A stretch of DNA of 64,000 nt from the human T2T-CHM13v2.0 reference genome, Homo sapiens: NCBI RefSeq assembly GCF_009914755.1, contig NC_060942.1. One strand, 5' to 3'. How positions within the stretch are numbered: the stretch's first letter is position 1; each line of letters begins with the position of its first letter. The notes beneath the pieces are model-generated. The model was not told the DNA's origin. It was given only the letters and a program-made list of their open reading frames with translations, and ran no database searches. The position numbers and the translations under genes are program-made. Below, in pieces: positions 24,091 to 37,279 of this stretch.

Positions 24091-26379
24091 TAAATGAAAG
24101 AACAAAAAATATCTGGAAGGAAACCACAGAAATGTTAAGATTCTGATCTAAAATACTTCCATCCTTCTCTGAACTGAGCGCATATCCAATATTTTATAAG
24201 AGCCATTATTGCACAATTTCTGAGTATATGCATACATGGAATACAGTTCAGTAACATTTACATAAAAACAGCAAATTGGCTGGATGTAGAATTCTTGGGT
24301 CTCAGCCTACCTTCCTAAGGATCGGAGGACGTCGTTCCCTTATCTCTCTGTTCAGAATTACAAAGGAAAAAATCACAGACACGTCTAATTTTACTACTTT
24401 TTAAAAGCAATCTGAATTCATACTTAAATGTTGTATGGATTTCTTGGAATTACAAATATGTCATATGTTATCAGGGCTTTCATCTGTGTATGTAACTATT
24501 TTCAAATTTAATTTTAAATTAATTTTTCAAAACTTGGGCGAGGTTGCTTGATCTGTAGATCACAGTTACTTTATGGCCAGGTAGTTAGTCTTATATGCTT
24601 TTATTTATTTATTTTTTGCTGTATTCACTTTGAAGGCTTACATAATACTGAAAGAGTTGACCTCTTCCCCTCGTTCTTCATTTCCATTACACTTTTTTTT
24701 CTCATAAATTTTGTCTCTTCATACATTAGTCTCTATTTTGACAGTTTCTTCCAAAACATCAGTTCTGTTTAATAATTATTTCAACATGACAAAACTATTG
24801 AGATCAAAACTTTAGAAAACACATGGAATGAGGCATATTGTTGCCTCATTTAAGAGAGCTGGAATATCCTTCCTTTCAAATCAGCTAGTGGGGGAATAAG
24901 TACAATCTCCATTCAAATTCTAAGACCCAGTTGCTGCTCCTTCGGGTTGCTCTTCTGGAATTCTGCCTTTCCTGACGTCTTGAGTCTCTGAAAATACTAG
25001 GATAAACTGCAAGGTTTCACATCCACACACTATATTCCTTGATACAACATCAGTGCTATCAGGGCCACTAACTGCCCTTTGGCAACATAAGAACCATGCA
25101 CCCAGCAGGAACGCATTTGGTCTTTTCCTCAATCTAACCAACTTCTAATGTTATTTTTTGAAGCATCTACAAATCTCAGGTTTCATTGAGATTGTACACA
25201 GTCCTCTAACCCCGTATTTATATTTCTAATTAATATATGTGGTCTTTAAATAAATATGGAAAGAGAAGATACTTTGAGTGGTAGGGAATGTGTCTCATTT
25301 CAACCATGGCATAAGAATGGGAGTGGAAATAATTATTGTCATTTATTGGTTCATGATCGATTCAGTTTAAAACTTGCTTAAGAGGGATACTTTGATGGAT
25401 AAACTAGAGATGTTTTCTTTATATTCCTATTTACTGCACACAGTGACTGCAAAGCTTTTCCTTGATGGAATTTCTCTATTTTATTAATTTTTTCAATCCA
25501 TGCATTTTCAAAACAACATCTATGTTTCACAGTCTTACGAGTCCATTCATTGAGGATAATGCTTGTGAGGCTTATCTGGATTATAGTATATAATTCTAGA
25601 GTGAGCTATTTTTAATACATTTGTAAACAACTGGACTATTGGAATTTGGGTGTATATCTGTGATACACTCTATTTAGAAATGAATAAACAAAAGACAAAA
25701 TCTACACCGAATGCAGCTACCAAAATAATTTGACATTGAGAATGCTGTAGCTATAAACATGAGATAAACATGAGATAAAAATGCAAAACAGTCTAATGTT
25801 TAATTCATTGTGACTCTAATTTTCTGTAAACAGGAAGGTCAAATATAGAACGACCTTTCTCTCATTTCTAGTCAGGAAGCACGGTATTAGTACCATGCAG
25901 GTCTTCACATTCATTTCAGCCTGTGGAAGCCTAACCTCAGGAATCCATCATTCTATCTGTCAGGAACTGAGTTTCATAATCCAGTGTATTTTCTTTGCAG
26001 GTTTTTACTCTCTATTTGGGAGTAATAAAATTTGTAATTGTCATAAATAGAAACTTTGACTTCTCTTTAATCTCTTCAATAATTTTTGGATGGCATTTGC
26101 TGGTAATCAATTGTGTAAATATGTGTGAGTGTGTAACTGCTTTCAATCGATTTTTAAAGAAGATTCATTATTCTAAGTAATTGCCTTTAAATACTTAAAC
26201 TGTGTATTGATCCGTAGGTCTGCAGCTCAATTTGGCTTCAATTAGTGCTACTATTCTTTTCCAGCTTTCTACACAATTGCTAGTATCATATAAGGAAATA
26301 ATGAAAATTCCCAGAGCAGCCAGTATCACTATTCTCAGGTCAGTCTGTTAGACCTTCTTTATAGGCAGTGATTGTTTTT

Positions 26380-26640
26380 CTTAGGATGGCATGAAATAGA
26401 GTTCACATTTTAAAGTGAGACAGATCTTGTTTCAAATTATCTTCCTACTATTTTCCCTTAGCCTGGTTATTCAGTCTCTCTGTAGAGTCTGCCCCACTCT
26501 CCTACCCCCAAATAGGTAAAATAAACCTTGATTCTATAGTGTCTTTTTCATGTAAAAGTGTAAAGATAAAGATGGTGACATCTGCAAAATGTTTAACATA
26601 ATGATTGTCTCTTCATAAGCCCTCACAAATCCTAGCTTCT
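26380..26640 (+). mobile_element. MIR
   Basis: agacagatcttgtttcaaat...ggttattcagtctctctg...aaataggtaaaata...aaaatgtttaacataatg. Confidence 0.5.
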
Positions 26641-26718
26641 TTGTCATTAGCATCAGTGTTGTTGAAGAAAACTATAGGTTATACAAGAATTGGCATGTAA
26701 AAGTGACCACAAGTACAG

Positions 26719-26757
26719 TTTTTTGTTTGTTTGTTTGTTTGTTTGTTTGTTTGTTTT
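26719..26757. repeat. (GTTT)n microsatellite
   Basis: About 8 gttt units. Confidence 0.95.
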
Positions 26758-27479
26758 CTTGAAAGAGGCTCCTGAATTAATTCCAGAACCACCTAGGTTG
26801 GACTGATTGTGGGTGGATGCCAATGTGGTGGGAAAGATATGGCTAGTGCAGAACATCCAGCAAGTCTAATTCCAACATTAGAGAGTCACCATGAGTTTAC
26901 CGTTGTGCTGAAACAGGGTCCCCAGTGTCCCGCCAGCATAGCCGGACCCAGCACCCTCCACTGTGCTCAGTACATGTGATCCCTTCAGGTGTGAGCCTGA
27001 AGAAATGGATGCAGGGTCTACACATTCAGATTTTTGTTGTTGTTGTTTACTTAGATTGTGTGTTATGGATAAATTAAATAAATAAGTGAAATCTAAAGAT
27101 TTTATTATATTATTATTCACAAAATACAAAGGATTGACAAAAATGTCAATAGTACACATACCTAAACTTTTTTTAATGTCATTTTTATTTGTATCTGAGA
27201 TTACTGTGGGGGTAGCAATTGCAATATTAAGGGTGGCTAATCCTCTAAACTTAAATTATTCCCTTGGTCAAACCACAGATGAAATACTAACTACCAAAAT
27301 GATTTGCTTATAAAAGAGGAAACCTTATGTTCTAAAGCTCATTGGAAAGTTGGTCTGTTTGCAGCCAGGCCAAAAGTTTTAATCATATACCACTTATTAA
27401 GCATTTAATAAATATTTTTCTTAGGTCCTTAAACTGCCTTATTTCTTTTTTTTAATTTTGAGATTAAAAGTAAATGGTG

Positions 27480-27983
27480 CCTTTTTATTTTAATAGATAG
27501 ACTATTTCTTAGAGCAGTCTTAGATTTACAGAAAAATTGAGCATGAAATACAGAGTGTTCCCAAATATACCCTTTCCTCAGGCAAATTTCTCATATTATT
27601 AATGTATTGCATTAGTATGTCAAAAATGTTAGGATTGGTGAGCCAATACTGATAAATTGTTATTAAGCAAAGTCCACAGTTTCAATTAGGGCTCACCCCT
27701 TGTATTTATTCTATGAGTTCTGATGTATGACATGTATCCACCATTACAGTGTTATACGGAACAAATTCACGCCTTGCAAATATCCTGTGCTGCGCTTATT
27801 CATCTCTCCCCCAACCAAATACTTTTTAGCCACTGATCTTTTTGTTGCCTCTACAGTTTTATTTCTTGCAGAATGTTATACAGTTGGAATCCTACAGTGT
27901 GTACCCTTTTAACATTGGCTTCTTTCATTAACAATATGCATTTAAAGTTCCCCCAATTCTTTTATTTGTTTCATAACTCATTT
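27480..27983 (-). mobile_element. L1MC-like 3' end
   Basis: agactatttcttagagcagtcttagatttacagaaaaattgagc...ccactgatctttttgttgcctctacagtttt...caatatgcatttaaagttc. Confidence 0.8.
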
Positions 27984-27984
27984 G

Positions 27985-28519
27985 CAAAGACCATTTCTTG
28001 AGAAAAACTAGTTTGACAAACTGTTAGCTAAACTCGCAGAGAAAGAATATACAAATAGCTAAAACCACAAATAAAAGTGGAGACATTATGACATTACCAC
28101 TGACCTGACAAAAATAAAGATGATTATAACAGCATACTATAAGGGATTTTGTTCTAAGAAATTATATAACCTACATGATATGGATAGATTTCCCAATCAC
28201 AAAAATGTCCTCAACTTACACAAGAAACTATAGAAAGTTTAAATAGAGTTATAACAAAGTAAATAGATTAAATCAGTAATCTAAAACCTCCCAACGACAA
28301 AAAAGTTCAGGACCAGATAGAAACACTGGTGAATGCTAATATTTGATATGTAAGTAATACTTAACACATATATTTAAAGAATATTTAAATATTTAAAGAA
28401 AAATATACACAAATCCTTTTCAAGCTCTTCCAAAAAGTACAAGAGAAGGGAACACTTATAAACTGATTCTATCAGGCCAAAATTGTCTTGATACTAAAAC
28501 CAGATGAAGACATCACACA

Positions 28520-28561
<42 letters not shown>

Positions 28562-30650
28562 TACAGACCAACATCTCTCATAAATATAGATGTGAAAATC
28601 CTTAAAAAAATACTACTAGCCTGAATCCTACAGTATAATAGTAGAATTATTGACCATAATAAGTGGGATTTATCTCAGAAATGTAGGGGTAGTTAAACAT
28701 AAAAATAAATCAATTAGTACCACATTAATAAAGCAAATCGAAAAACCCAAATGTTTATATGAATTGACACATACAAGTCATTTGACAAAATCCAATGTCA
28801 TTTCATGGTAAAAGCACTCAGAAAACTAAGAACATAAGGGAGATTAATCGGCATAATAAAAAACGTCTATAAAAATAGCTAACATTATACATTGAATGGT
28901 GAAAGACTGAAAGCTTTCTTTCAAGATAAAACACAGAAGGTTGTCTACTTTTACTATTGCTATTCAACATTGAACCGCAATTTCTAGTCAGTATTTAGAC
29001 AAGAAAAAGAAAAGGCATCTGAATTTAAAATGAAGAAGTGAAATTGTATTAATTGATGACATGATTCTATACATAGAACCCTAAAGATTCTATAAGTAGT
29101 TACTAGTCATAATAAATGATTTAAGCAAAATTTCAGGGTGTAAGAGCAGCATGCGAAAAACAGTTTTATTTATATACATTTGCAATAAATAATCAAAACA
29201 AGAAATGAAAGCAATTTCATTTACAGTAGCATCTTAAAGAATTAAATGTCAATATATACATTTAACCAGGGAGATAGAAGACTTGCATGGTAAACACTAC
29301 AAAACATTGCTGAGAATAATTTTTAAAAGACTTGAAAAAGAAGACATCTTGAGTTTATGTTTAGGAAGACAACATTGTTAAGATATCAATACTACCTAAA
29401 GTGAAGTGATTTGCACGTTCAATGCCATCTCTACCAAAATTCCAATAATTTTTATTTTGTGTAGGACTGGAAAAAATTGAGTTCACATTCGCATGGACTT
29501 TTTAAGGTGCCTCAATCATCAAAACGATTATGAAAATGAACAGATTTAGATGACTCATTCTTCCCAATTTCAAAACTTACTACCAAGTAACAATAATTAA
29601 AACAATGTGGAACTGGCATAAAGATAGACAGATAAACCAATGAATAGAATTGAAAGTCAAGAAGCAAACGTGTATGTTAATGGCCAATTGACTTTTGATA
29701 AGGGTGACAAGTCCTTCCGATGAGGAAAGCAAACATGTCTTCAATAAATGGTGCTGGGGCAACTGGATTTTCATAAAAGTATGAAGTTGGAACCCTGTTA
29801 CACATCATATACAAAAATTAACACAAAATGGATCAATACTAAATATAAGTGCTAAATCCTTATAACTCTCAGAAAATAACGTAGACTTATATCTTCACGA
29901 AACTGGATTTTGTAATGGATTCTTAAAACTGACACCAAAAGTATGAGAAACAGAAAAAGAAATAAATAGCCAATATTTAAAACATTTATATATAAAAGGA
30001 CATTATCAAGAATGTAAAACCACAACTTATGGAATAGGAGAAAATATTTGCAAATTATATATCTGATAGTGGTTTAATATCCAGAGTATAATAATAATTG
30101 CTAAAATTCAAAAACAGACAAAAAATGAAAATAGACAAAGATTTGAATTGACATTTATCAAAGAAGATATACAAATGGCCAAGAAGCACGTGAAAAGATA
30201 CTCGACATTAGGATAATGCGAATCATAACCACAGTGCAATACAACTTCACATCTACTAGGATGGCTATAATAAAAACGGCAGAAAATAGCAAACAGTGAT
30301 GACATGGAGAAACTGGTACCTTCATACACTGCTAGTGAAAATGTGACATGATGCACCCATCGTGCAAACAGTTTGATAATTCCTCAAAAAGCTAAACATA
30401 GAATTATCCTGTGATCCAGCAAAGTCGATGCCTAGGTACGTATCCTATATAATTGAAAACAGAAACTGGATACTTTTATGCCAAAATTTACGGCCGCATT
30501 ATTCACAACAGGCAATCGGTGGACACAACCCAAGTGTCCATCAACAGATGAATGGATAAACGTTGTGAGTGTGGCCAATGCCACTGAATTATATATTTTA
30601 TAATGGTTCAGAGGAATATTTTACATTGTATAGATTTTAACACAAAATTT
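27985..30650 (+). mobile_element. L1MB ORF2 plus internally deleted 3' UTR
   Basis: Decayed ORF2 (catttgacaaaatccaa, gatgacatgattctatacatagaa, aataaatggtgctggggcaactgg), then caagtgtccatcaacagatgaatggataaac joined directly to aatgccactgaatt. Confidence 0.88.
28515..28558. repeat. (CA)n microsatellite
   Basis: About 20 CA units. Confidence 0.97.
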
Positions 30651-30771
30651 AGTTATTAGCAAAAGAGGTACATTGTGTTGAAAAGCTGTAGAGTCCCCAT
30701 TCCAAATGAAGAAGGATTCAACAATCTTGGCCAAACAAAAAGAAGTACCAGTTATTTTGAAAGACTGAAGG

Positions 30772-31173
30772 TGATATGATTTGGCTGTGTCCCCACCCAA
30801 ATCTCATCTTGAATTGTAGTTCCCATAATCCCCACATGTGGTGGGAGGGACCCCGTGGGAGGCAACTGAATCATGGGGGCAGTTTCCCCCATGCTATTCT
30901 CCTGATAGTGAGTAAGTTCTCATGAGATCTGAAGATTTTAGAAAGGGCTTCCGCCTTCACTCTGCTCTGATGCTTCTCCTTGCTGCTGCCATATGAAGAA
31001 GGTTCTATTTGCTTCCCCTTCTGCCATGATTGTAAGTTTCCTGAGACTTCCTCAGCCTTGCAGAGCTGTGAGTCAATTCAACCTCTTTCTTTTATAAATT
31101 ACCAGTCTTGGGTATTTCTGCATAGCAGCATATAAATTACCAGTCTCAGGCATTTCTTCAATGGACTAATACA
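30772..31173 (+). mobile_element. THE1 (C/D-like) solo LTR
   Basis: tgatatgatttggctgtgtccccacccaaatctcatcttgaattgtag...atggactaataca. Perfect 5-bp TSD gaagg at 30767-30771 and 31174-31178. Confidence 0.95.
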
Positions 31174-31454
31174 GAAGGCAAAGACCCTCATGAATTAATA
31201 TTAAAACTAATTAAAATAAAAACAAAAATAATTTCTAGCAACTTAAAATAATTTTAATGGTGTAATGCAAATTCTGAAAAACCAGAACTTTCCACATTGA
31301 AGAGCAGAGTGGACCACAGGAATAGATATGTTAAGGCCGTGGCTAGGAGAAAAGATGAGATAAAAAATCATGATTTTTGTTCAAATAACAGTTAGTGAGA
31401 AGAAGAATGCAAATATGTCTGACATATGATTAGCCCTTGAAATGTAAGAACTAA

Positions 31455-31551
31455 CTTCTTCTCTTCCTTCCTTCCTTCTTTCCTTCCTTCCCTCCTTTTT
31501 TCTCCTTTCCTTCCTTCTTTCCTTCTTTTCTTCTCTCTCCTTTCTCTCTCT
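31455..31551. repeat. Polypyrimidine (TTCC/CT) tract
   Basis: About 97 bp composed only of C and T. Confidence 0.95.
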
Positions 31552-31945
31552 GAAGCCAGGGCACTATGGAATAAAACCAACCTTTTATACATCATGAAAT
31601 AAAACATAGTAATGTTCTATTAAGGAGCATCTGGTATTCTGGTGTAGGGCTGTCAAGTGCATTTTGAATATTCACTCAGCAGGGTATCTGCAATTTAAAT
31701 ATCTTGTAATAGTTAATAAGAATTGTCAAAGAAGCACATTAACATGCCTTAGGGATTAATTCTGTACCTTACAGGTTTCATGTATGTGAATAAGACAAGC
31801 CCATCATATGAGTTGCACAATCCCAAAAGACTATACTTACATATTTTATGCAGTTAGGTTTGAACAAATACTATGTCTCACATTGTATTTTACTAAAAAT
31901 AACTCAAATACACACAATTGATGATGTTATTAAAAGTTTATTCTG

Positions 31946-32252
<307 letters not shown>

Positions 32253-32999
32253 TTATCCTGTATTTGTCTTTTTGAATTATTAGCAATGTGTTTATATAAC
32301 AAGTTTCTCTCTTTAAAGGTAAAAAGTATTTTGGTGTAGAGTCAAGGATGGGTTACAGTAAGTCACTAATATGTCAATTTAGAAAAAATAGTAAGAATGG
32401 CTTGATTTAAGCAGATTTTCCATCTCATTGCTATTACAGAGAGCACTTTTAGTTTTTTACACCTTGCGAGAACTCTACCAACACAAAGTTGATGATTTCT
32501 AAATATGAACATGTCATGTCGACTTTCAAAAGAAAGGAGAGTAGATAAAGAGAAGTAATGACATAAACTTTAGAGACTACATTTTGCACTTCATCTTTTC
32601 AGTGAATCATAAAAGAAGACAAACTACCCTTCTACATTGACTTTTTATGATCTTTCTTCTCATGAATTTTTGTCATTGAATGTGCGGTTTCTTTTATAGT
32701 GAGTCAATATATTTGTTTCAATGAGATCACAACCACCCCATAACCTGTGTTTAATTTGATTTACACAAATTATATGAAACAAGCTGTAGAATAATAATAA
32801 TTATATGTGATATTAGTAAAATAAAAGGTAATTGTTGGGGAGAGTGGTGCTATTAAGTATCATCTTAATAATGACAATCCACTTAGCCAATTATCACTTT
32901 AATTAGATGAAATGAAAATTGGAGAGATAATTTCCTATTTCCTTGAAGCATTCTACCTGAATCTGGATTTGACTGATGATAATATTTTATAAAACCAAT

Positions 33000-34084
33000 A
33001 GAAAATGCATATTATCATAGGCCCACCAGCTAAAATGCTCAGGTTGATCATTTAATCAAGATTATGACATTCTGAGTCCTCCATTTGACAGTCATGGCTT
33101 TCACACAATAATGTCCATTCCTCCATCAATCATTCACATAATTATTTTGACACTAGTTGGAAATAAATTCTTTAGTGTAGCATTTGTGAAATGATTACAC
33201 TCTAATTCTGTCATTCTTTCAATACTCACTAACTAGCCATCTTCTACAAAACAAAACTTTTCCTCATCATCTAGAGCTATTTGGTTATATTGAAATGTAG
33301 TTCTCTGAAAAGACAAGGTAAAAGCTTTAATTTTCCTTTTAATTCTCAATTTAGAAGTTTTTTAATGGCCACCTCAAATGGCGACAAAGCCTCTTCTAAG
33401 AGTCTCTTTTTCGACCTCAGTATAAACTTATAGGCTTTATGTTAATGAACAAAACAAGCTTCTGTCTTCAGTCAAGTAAACTCATAAGACTATACCTATA
33501 TCTTTTATATTTTATTTCTTTAAATCAGTGTTTTAGAAATATACTTCAGTCTTTATAAAAACTTTGGCCATGGTGTATCCTCTTAAGTCTTCTCCTTCCT
33601 CACTCCATTTTCCCCAACACCATATAGGTATTATCTTTATTAATTCTTCGCTTACTTCTGCAAATACAGATGTACAAAGAGACGCTTACTTTCTCCACAC
33701 ATTTTTACACAAAAAGCAAACAAGGTCCACTATCCAGCACCTTGTTTTTCTCATTAGCAATTTATCCTGAAGATCTCTAGATACTGATATATAGAGATCA
33801 TCATTCATTTCTTTTTAACGTCTCCATAATACTTCAACTGTGTAAGTACCCTAGTTTATACAGCCAGTCCTCTATAATAAGGCACTCAGCTTGTTTCCAT
33901 ATTTTTTCCTATTGAAATTAATATCACATTAGAAATAAAATCATGCATATCTACTTCATACATTTGATGATGAAGTATCTCTTCGATTCTGAGAGGTGAT
34001 ATTCCTGGGAAGGATGCTAAATACTTCTGTCATTTTTGTTACACATTGTCCATTTCTTTTCCATATTGATGGAAATATATTGCA
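33000..34084 (-). mobile_element. Old L1ME-like 3' region
   Basis: gagatcatcattcatttctttttaac...tagtttatacagccagtcctctat...ggcactcagcttgtttcca is typical of L1ME 3' ends. Very diverged; the left boundary is uncertain. Confidence 0.5.
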
Positions 34085-34659
34085 TTTTTTATAGACTTTT
34101 CCTTTTAAAGTAATTTTAGGTTCACCAAAAATTGAGGTAATGGTTATAGAGATCTCCCATGTACTCCTTGCCCCATATACAGTATCAGCCTTTCCTAGTA
34201 TCAACATCTTCTCACTAGAATGATTCATTTGTTATAATTGATGAACCTACATTAGCACATAAAAAGGACCCAAAGTTCATAGTTTACCTTAGGGTTCATC
34301 AGTTCACATCAAAAGGACTCAAAGTTCATAGGTCACCTTAGGGTGTTATAATGCCATGGCGTTAGACAAATGTATAATGATAGCCACTATTATAGTGTCA
34401 TACTGAATAGTTTCACTGCCTTAAAAATCCTCTGTGCTGGGCCTGTTCATTCTCCCTTTGCCTTTCCCCCTTCAGCTTCTGGCAACCACTGATCTTTTTA
34501 CTGTCTCAATAATTTTACCCTTTTCAGAATCTCACGTAGTTGGAATCGTACAGTCTATAGCCTTTTCATATAGGCTTACTTCAGTTAGCAATATGCACTC
34601 AAAATTCTGCCATGTCTTTTCCTGGGTTGATAGGTTGTTTCACTTAGTGCTGAAAAGTA
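34085..34659 (-). mobile_element. L1MC-like 3' end, with a 48-bp internal tandem duplication at about 34256-34344
   Basis: T-run then atagacttt...aattttaggttcacc...ctggcaaccactgatctttttactgtctc...gtagttggaatcgtacagt...ttagcaatatgcact. Confidence 0.85.
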
Positions 34660-36404
34660 TCTTTCGTGAAGTCATGCCCTCCACCGGGCCACGGGAAACC
34701 TCACACAATTTGGAGAGTTGGGGAATCCTGGCAAAGATTGGGGTGGGTGGGAGGCAGTGACCAAAGGGGACTGCCATTACCAGCAGGAGGCTGTGGGTTG
34801 GGCCATCCTGTCCTTGGTCCTGATCAGTTTGGGGGCTGCCAGATATATGATGGAGAAGGAGGATTGAAGCGATTTCTCCTGACCTTGAAATAACCCTTGG
34901 CTAGGCATGGCTTTCAGTCAGTTCAGGGCTTATTTGAGCAAGGAGCAGAAAACTATCTTGGACTAGCTGCTTCACCAGGTGCTGCTGGTGGTGCCCTGAA
35001 GTCAACACCGCAGGAAAACTGCTCCAGCAGGTCCCAATGGCATCAGAGGGACAGGGAGCTGTGCTGCTGTATGTGGCCAATAAAGCTCAGTGCACTCTTG
35101 CAGCTGAGCCGCCCCATAATTCAGGGCTGCAAGTCTGGGTTTGGAGACTTCCAGGGGGCCACTACCCATTCTGAAAAAGTTGTTGCAATGGCTGAAAATG
35201 AGGAGCTTGAAGACTCTGGCTTTTTCCAGCATCTGTTGAGAAGGCAGGTCATGCTCCGAGGGCTGCAGTCAATTCCAGAGTATACTTTGTGGAGAGGACA
35301 AGTGACTCTTCTCCAAGCTGCCTGAGTCTGTGATCCTTCTAGGAATAGCTCCACAACCTCATAGGTGAAGCTCTCAATGACGACTGAGGGCTCTCCATGA
35401 CCAGGGAGAAAAGTCCCTGCCAAGGCTGGGATCCCTTCATCTCAGCATACAGATATCCTCCACGGTGAAGCCTGCATCCCAGCCTGACAAACTCTCACCT
35501 GTGTGTCTTCAGGGCAGAGAACTCCTAGGAAATGATATGCTTCAAAAACTCAAGCGGAAAAAATCTCCCATCCTTTGCTTACCCAATCTACCATCAAGTG
35601 CCCAAAGAGGAACTAGGAACAGGCTGTGGGTAGGTGAAGGATCTCAGCAGGCTTTAGGGATGTGTGGATGAGCCCATCAGCCCACAAAGAAAGGTGTAGA
35701 AAAGAGGGATGTGATCCCAGACTGATATACCAGCAGTTTGCTCTCATAGTTGCTGTTAACTACGGAAATCAGCAGTTTGGGGTAGTTTTGTGTTTGATGC
35801 AGCAGGTCCCACCACTGATACTGGCTCCAGTTAATGTTCAGAGAGTGAGTCTATGAGTCAGGTGTGCTCAATGGGACCTTGACATAATCCTGCTTCCAGT
35901 TAAAAATTTGCCTTTCAGCCATGTAATTCAATCCTTATATTCCTTGCAAAATTCACCGCCCAAACACAGGATGCAGAGCAGAGTGAAGGTGGCACAGCAC
36001 TGGGCTTTGTCCATCTTCTCAGAGGAGGTCACATTCAAGCCAAGCTTTACTTTCTTATTCTCTACCATCAGGTCAGAGATGTATTTGACTGATAGGTATT
36101 GAAGCAGCTTGATGTCACAGCCTCTAACTTCCTGAAATAGTTGTGTATGGACACTTCAGAGAGCATATTCCTCTTCTGTGAAGTCCCCTGCATCTGTCCA
36201 GGCAGCACAGGCACCCTCTGAAAAATACAGCTGTAGCCAGTGGATTCATGCAGCTGCCTCCATTCAGCCAGAGGCTGACTTGCCAAATTTTCTGGCCCTT
36301 GAATAGTATTACTGGGCAGACAAACTGTTCTCTACACCTGACCATCTTGCTGTACTTGATGAGGTTTTGCAACTTGCTCATTTGCACAGTGTTCTCAAAG
36401 TGTC
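34660..36404 (-). pseudogene. MTMR14: Processed pseudogene of MTMR14 (myotubularin-related protein 14 / Jumpy), 5'-truncated
   Basis: The minus strand reads FENTVQMSKLQNLIKYSKMVRCREQFVCPVILFKG...DIKLLQYLSVKYISDLMVENKKVKLGLNVTSSEKMDKAQ...FNWKQDYV...WSQYQWWDLLHQTQNY...LSLWADGLIHTSLKP...NNFFRMGSGPLEVSKPRLAAL...LLEQF, matching MTMR14. No introns. Stop TGA at 34974-34972, then about 310 nt of 3' UTR-like sequence. Many stops and frameshifts. The symbol given is that of the parent gene. Confidence 0.95.
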
Positions 36405-36539
36405 CATTTGATCTCTTGGTATGTATCCAAGACCTTCAGTTCCATAGTGATGAGATGAAGAATTCAAAGTAGGACTTGTCAATTATGAGATTATTATCAT
36501 TATTCCATTTGGGTTATTGGTGGGAAAATTTGACACTTA

Positions 36540-36810
36540 GCAGAGCAATATTGCCATTGGCTAGGAATTAAGTAGTCTTCAGCATGCAGATAGTTATTTA
36601 AACTATGGGATGAAATGGTAGCCCCAGGAGAGACATAGAATGAGAACCAAAGCCAAACTTTGTAAATGTTCGCATTTATTTGGCATGCTGAGAATGGGAA
36701 TCTTGAAAAGAGATAAAGGAAGTAATCAGAGACATAGGAAGAAACCAGGTGACTGATGGTGGTCATTGACTTGAGTAAAAGTGATTAGTCATAAGTCTTG
36801 GAACATGAAG
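36540..36810 (-). mobile_element. L2 fragment
   Basis: gtagtcttcagcatgcagatagttatttaaactatgggatgaaatggtagccccaggagag; YLHAED on the minus strand (L2 RT: YHLYADD). Confidence 0.6.
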
Positions 36811-37279
36811 AGAAAAAGAGATATTTATAAAATATTCTGTTCATCTGGTCACAGAAATGCTACAAATTTGTATATGTAAATGAGTACTTTCTATTGGCAT
36901 GTAATTTTAATTTATATACTACATATAATTTCACTAATATGAATAGAAATAGCATAATAGATATTTAGACATTGCACTGACTTCTAGTCCTTTTTATGCA
37001 GTGTATATTTTGATATATTAATTCTTTGAAGGCAAAATATACAGTGAAAAATTTTTCCATGTCACATATTTCTGCAAAAATTTATTTTAGCATTTTGTGG
37101 CTTTGTGATAATTTGAATTAAAAAAGTATTATTTATGCATTGGTTTATTTCTGCCAAATACCTGTAATAACAAATTAAAATATAAGAAGATTTAAAAAGG
37201 AGAGAGACAAAATTCAAGTCCAGGATTTTCAAAGCAATAAAATAATTATTATGTAATTTAATTATGTTAAAAAATTATG

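Noticed and set aside
25833-25860. aaggtc...gacctt hairpin or nuclear-receptor-like inverted half-sites
   Set aside because: The stem is short and the spacing non-canonical, as expected by chance.
34897-35325. 142-aa plus-strand ORF
   Set aside because: It is the antisense shadow of the MTMR14 retrocopy.
36410-36445. Weak inverted L1MC-like similarity just beyond the 5' end of the MTMR14 copy
   Set aside because: Only about 25 nt with gaps, and the other pieces an inversion model would predict are not present.
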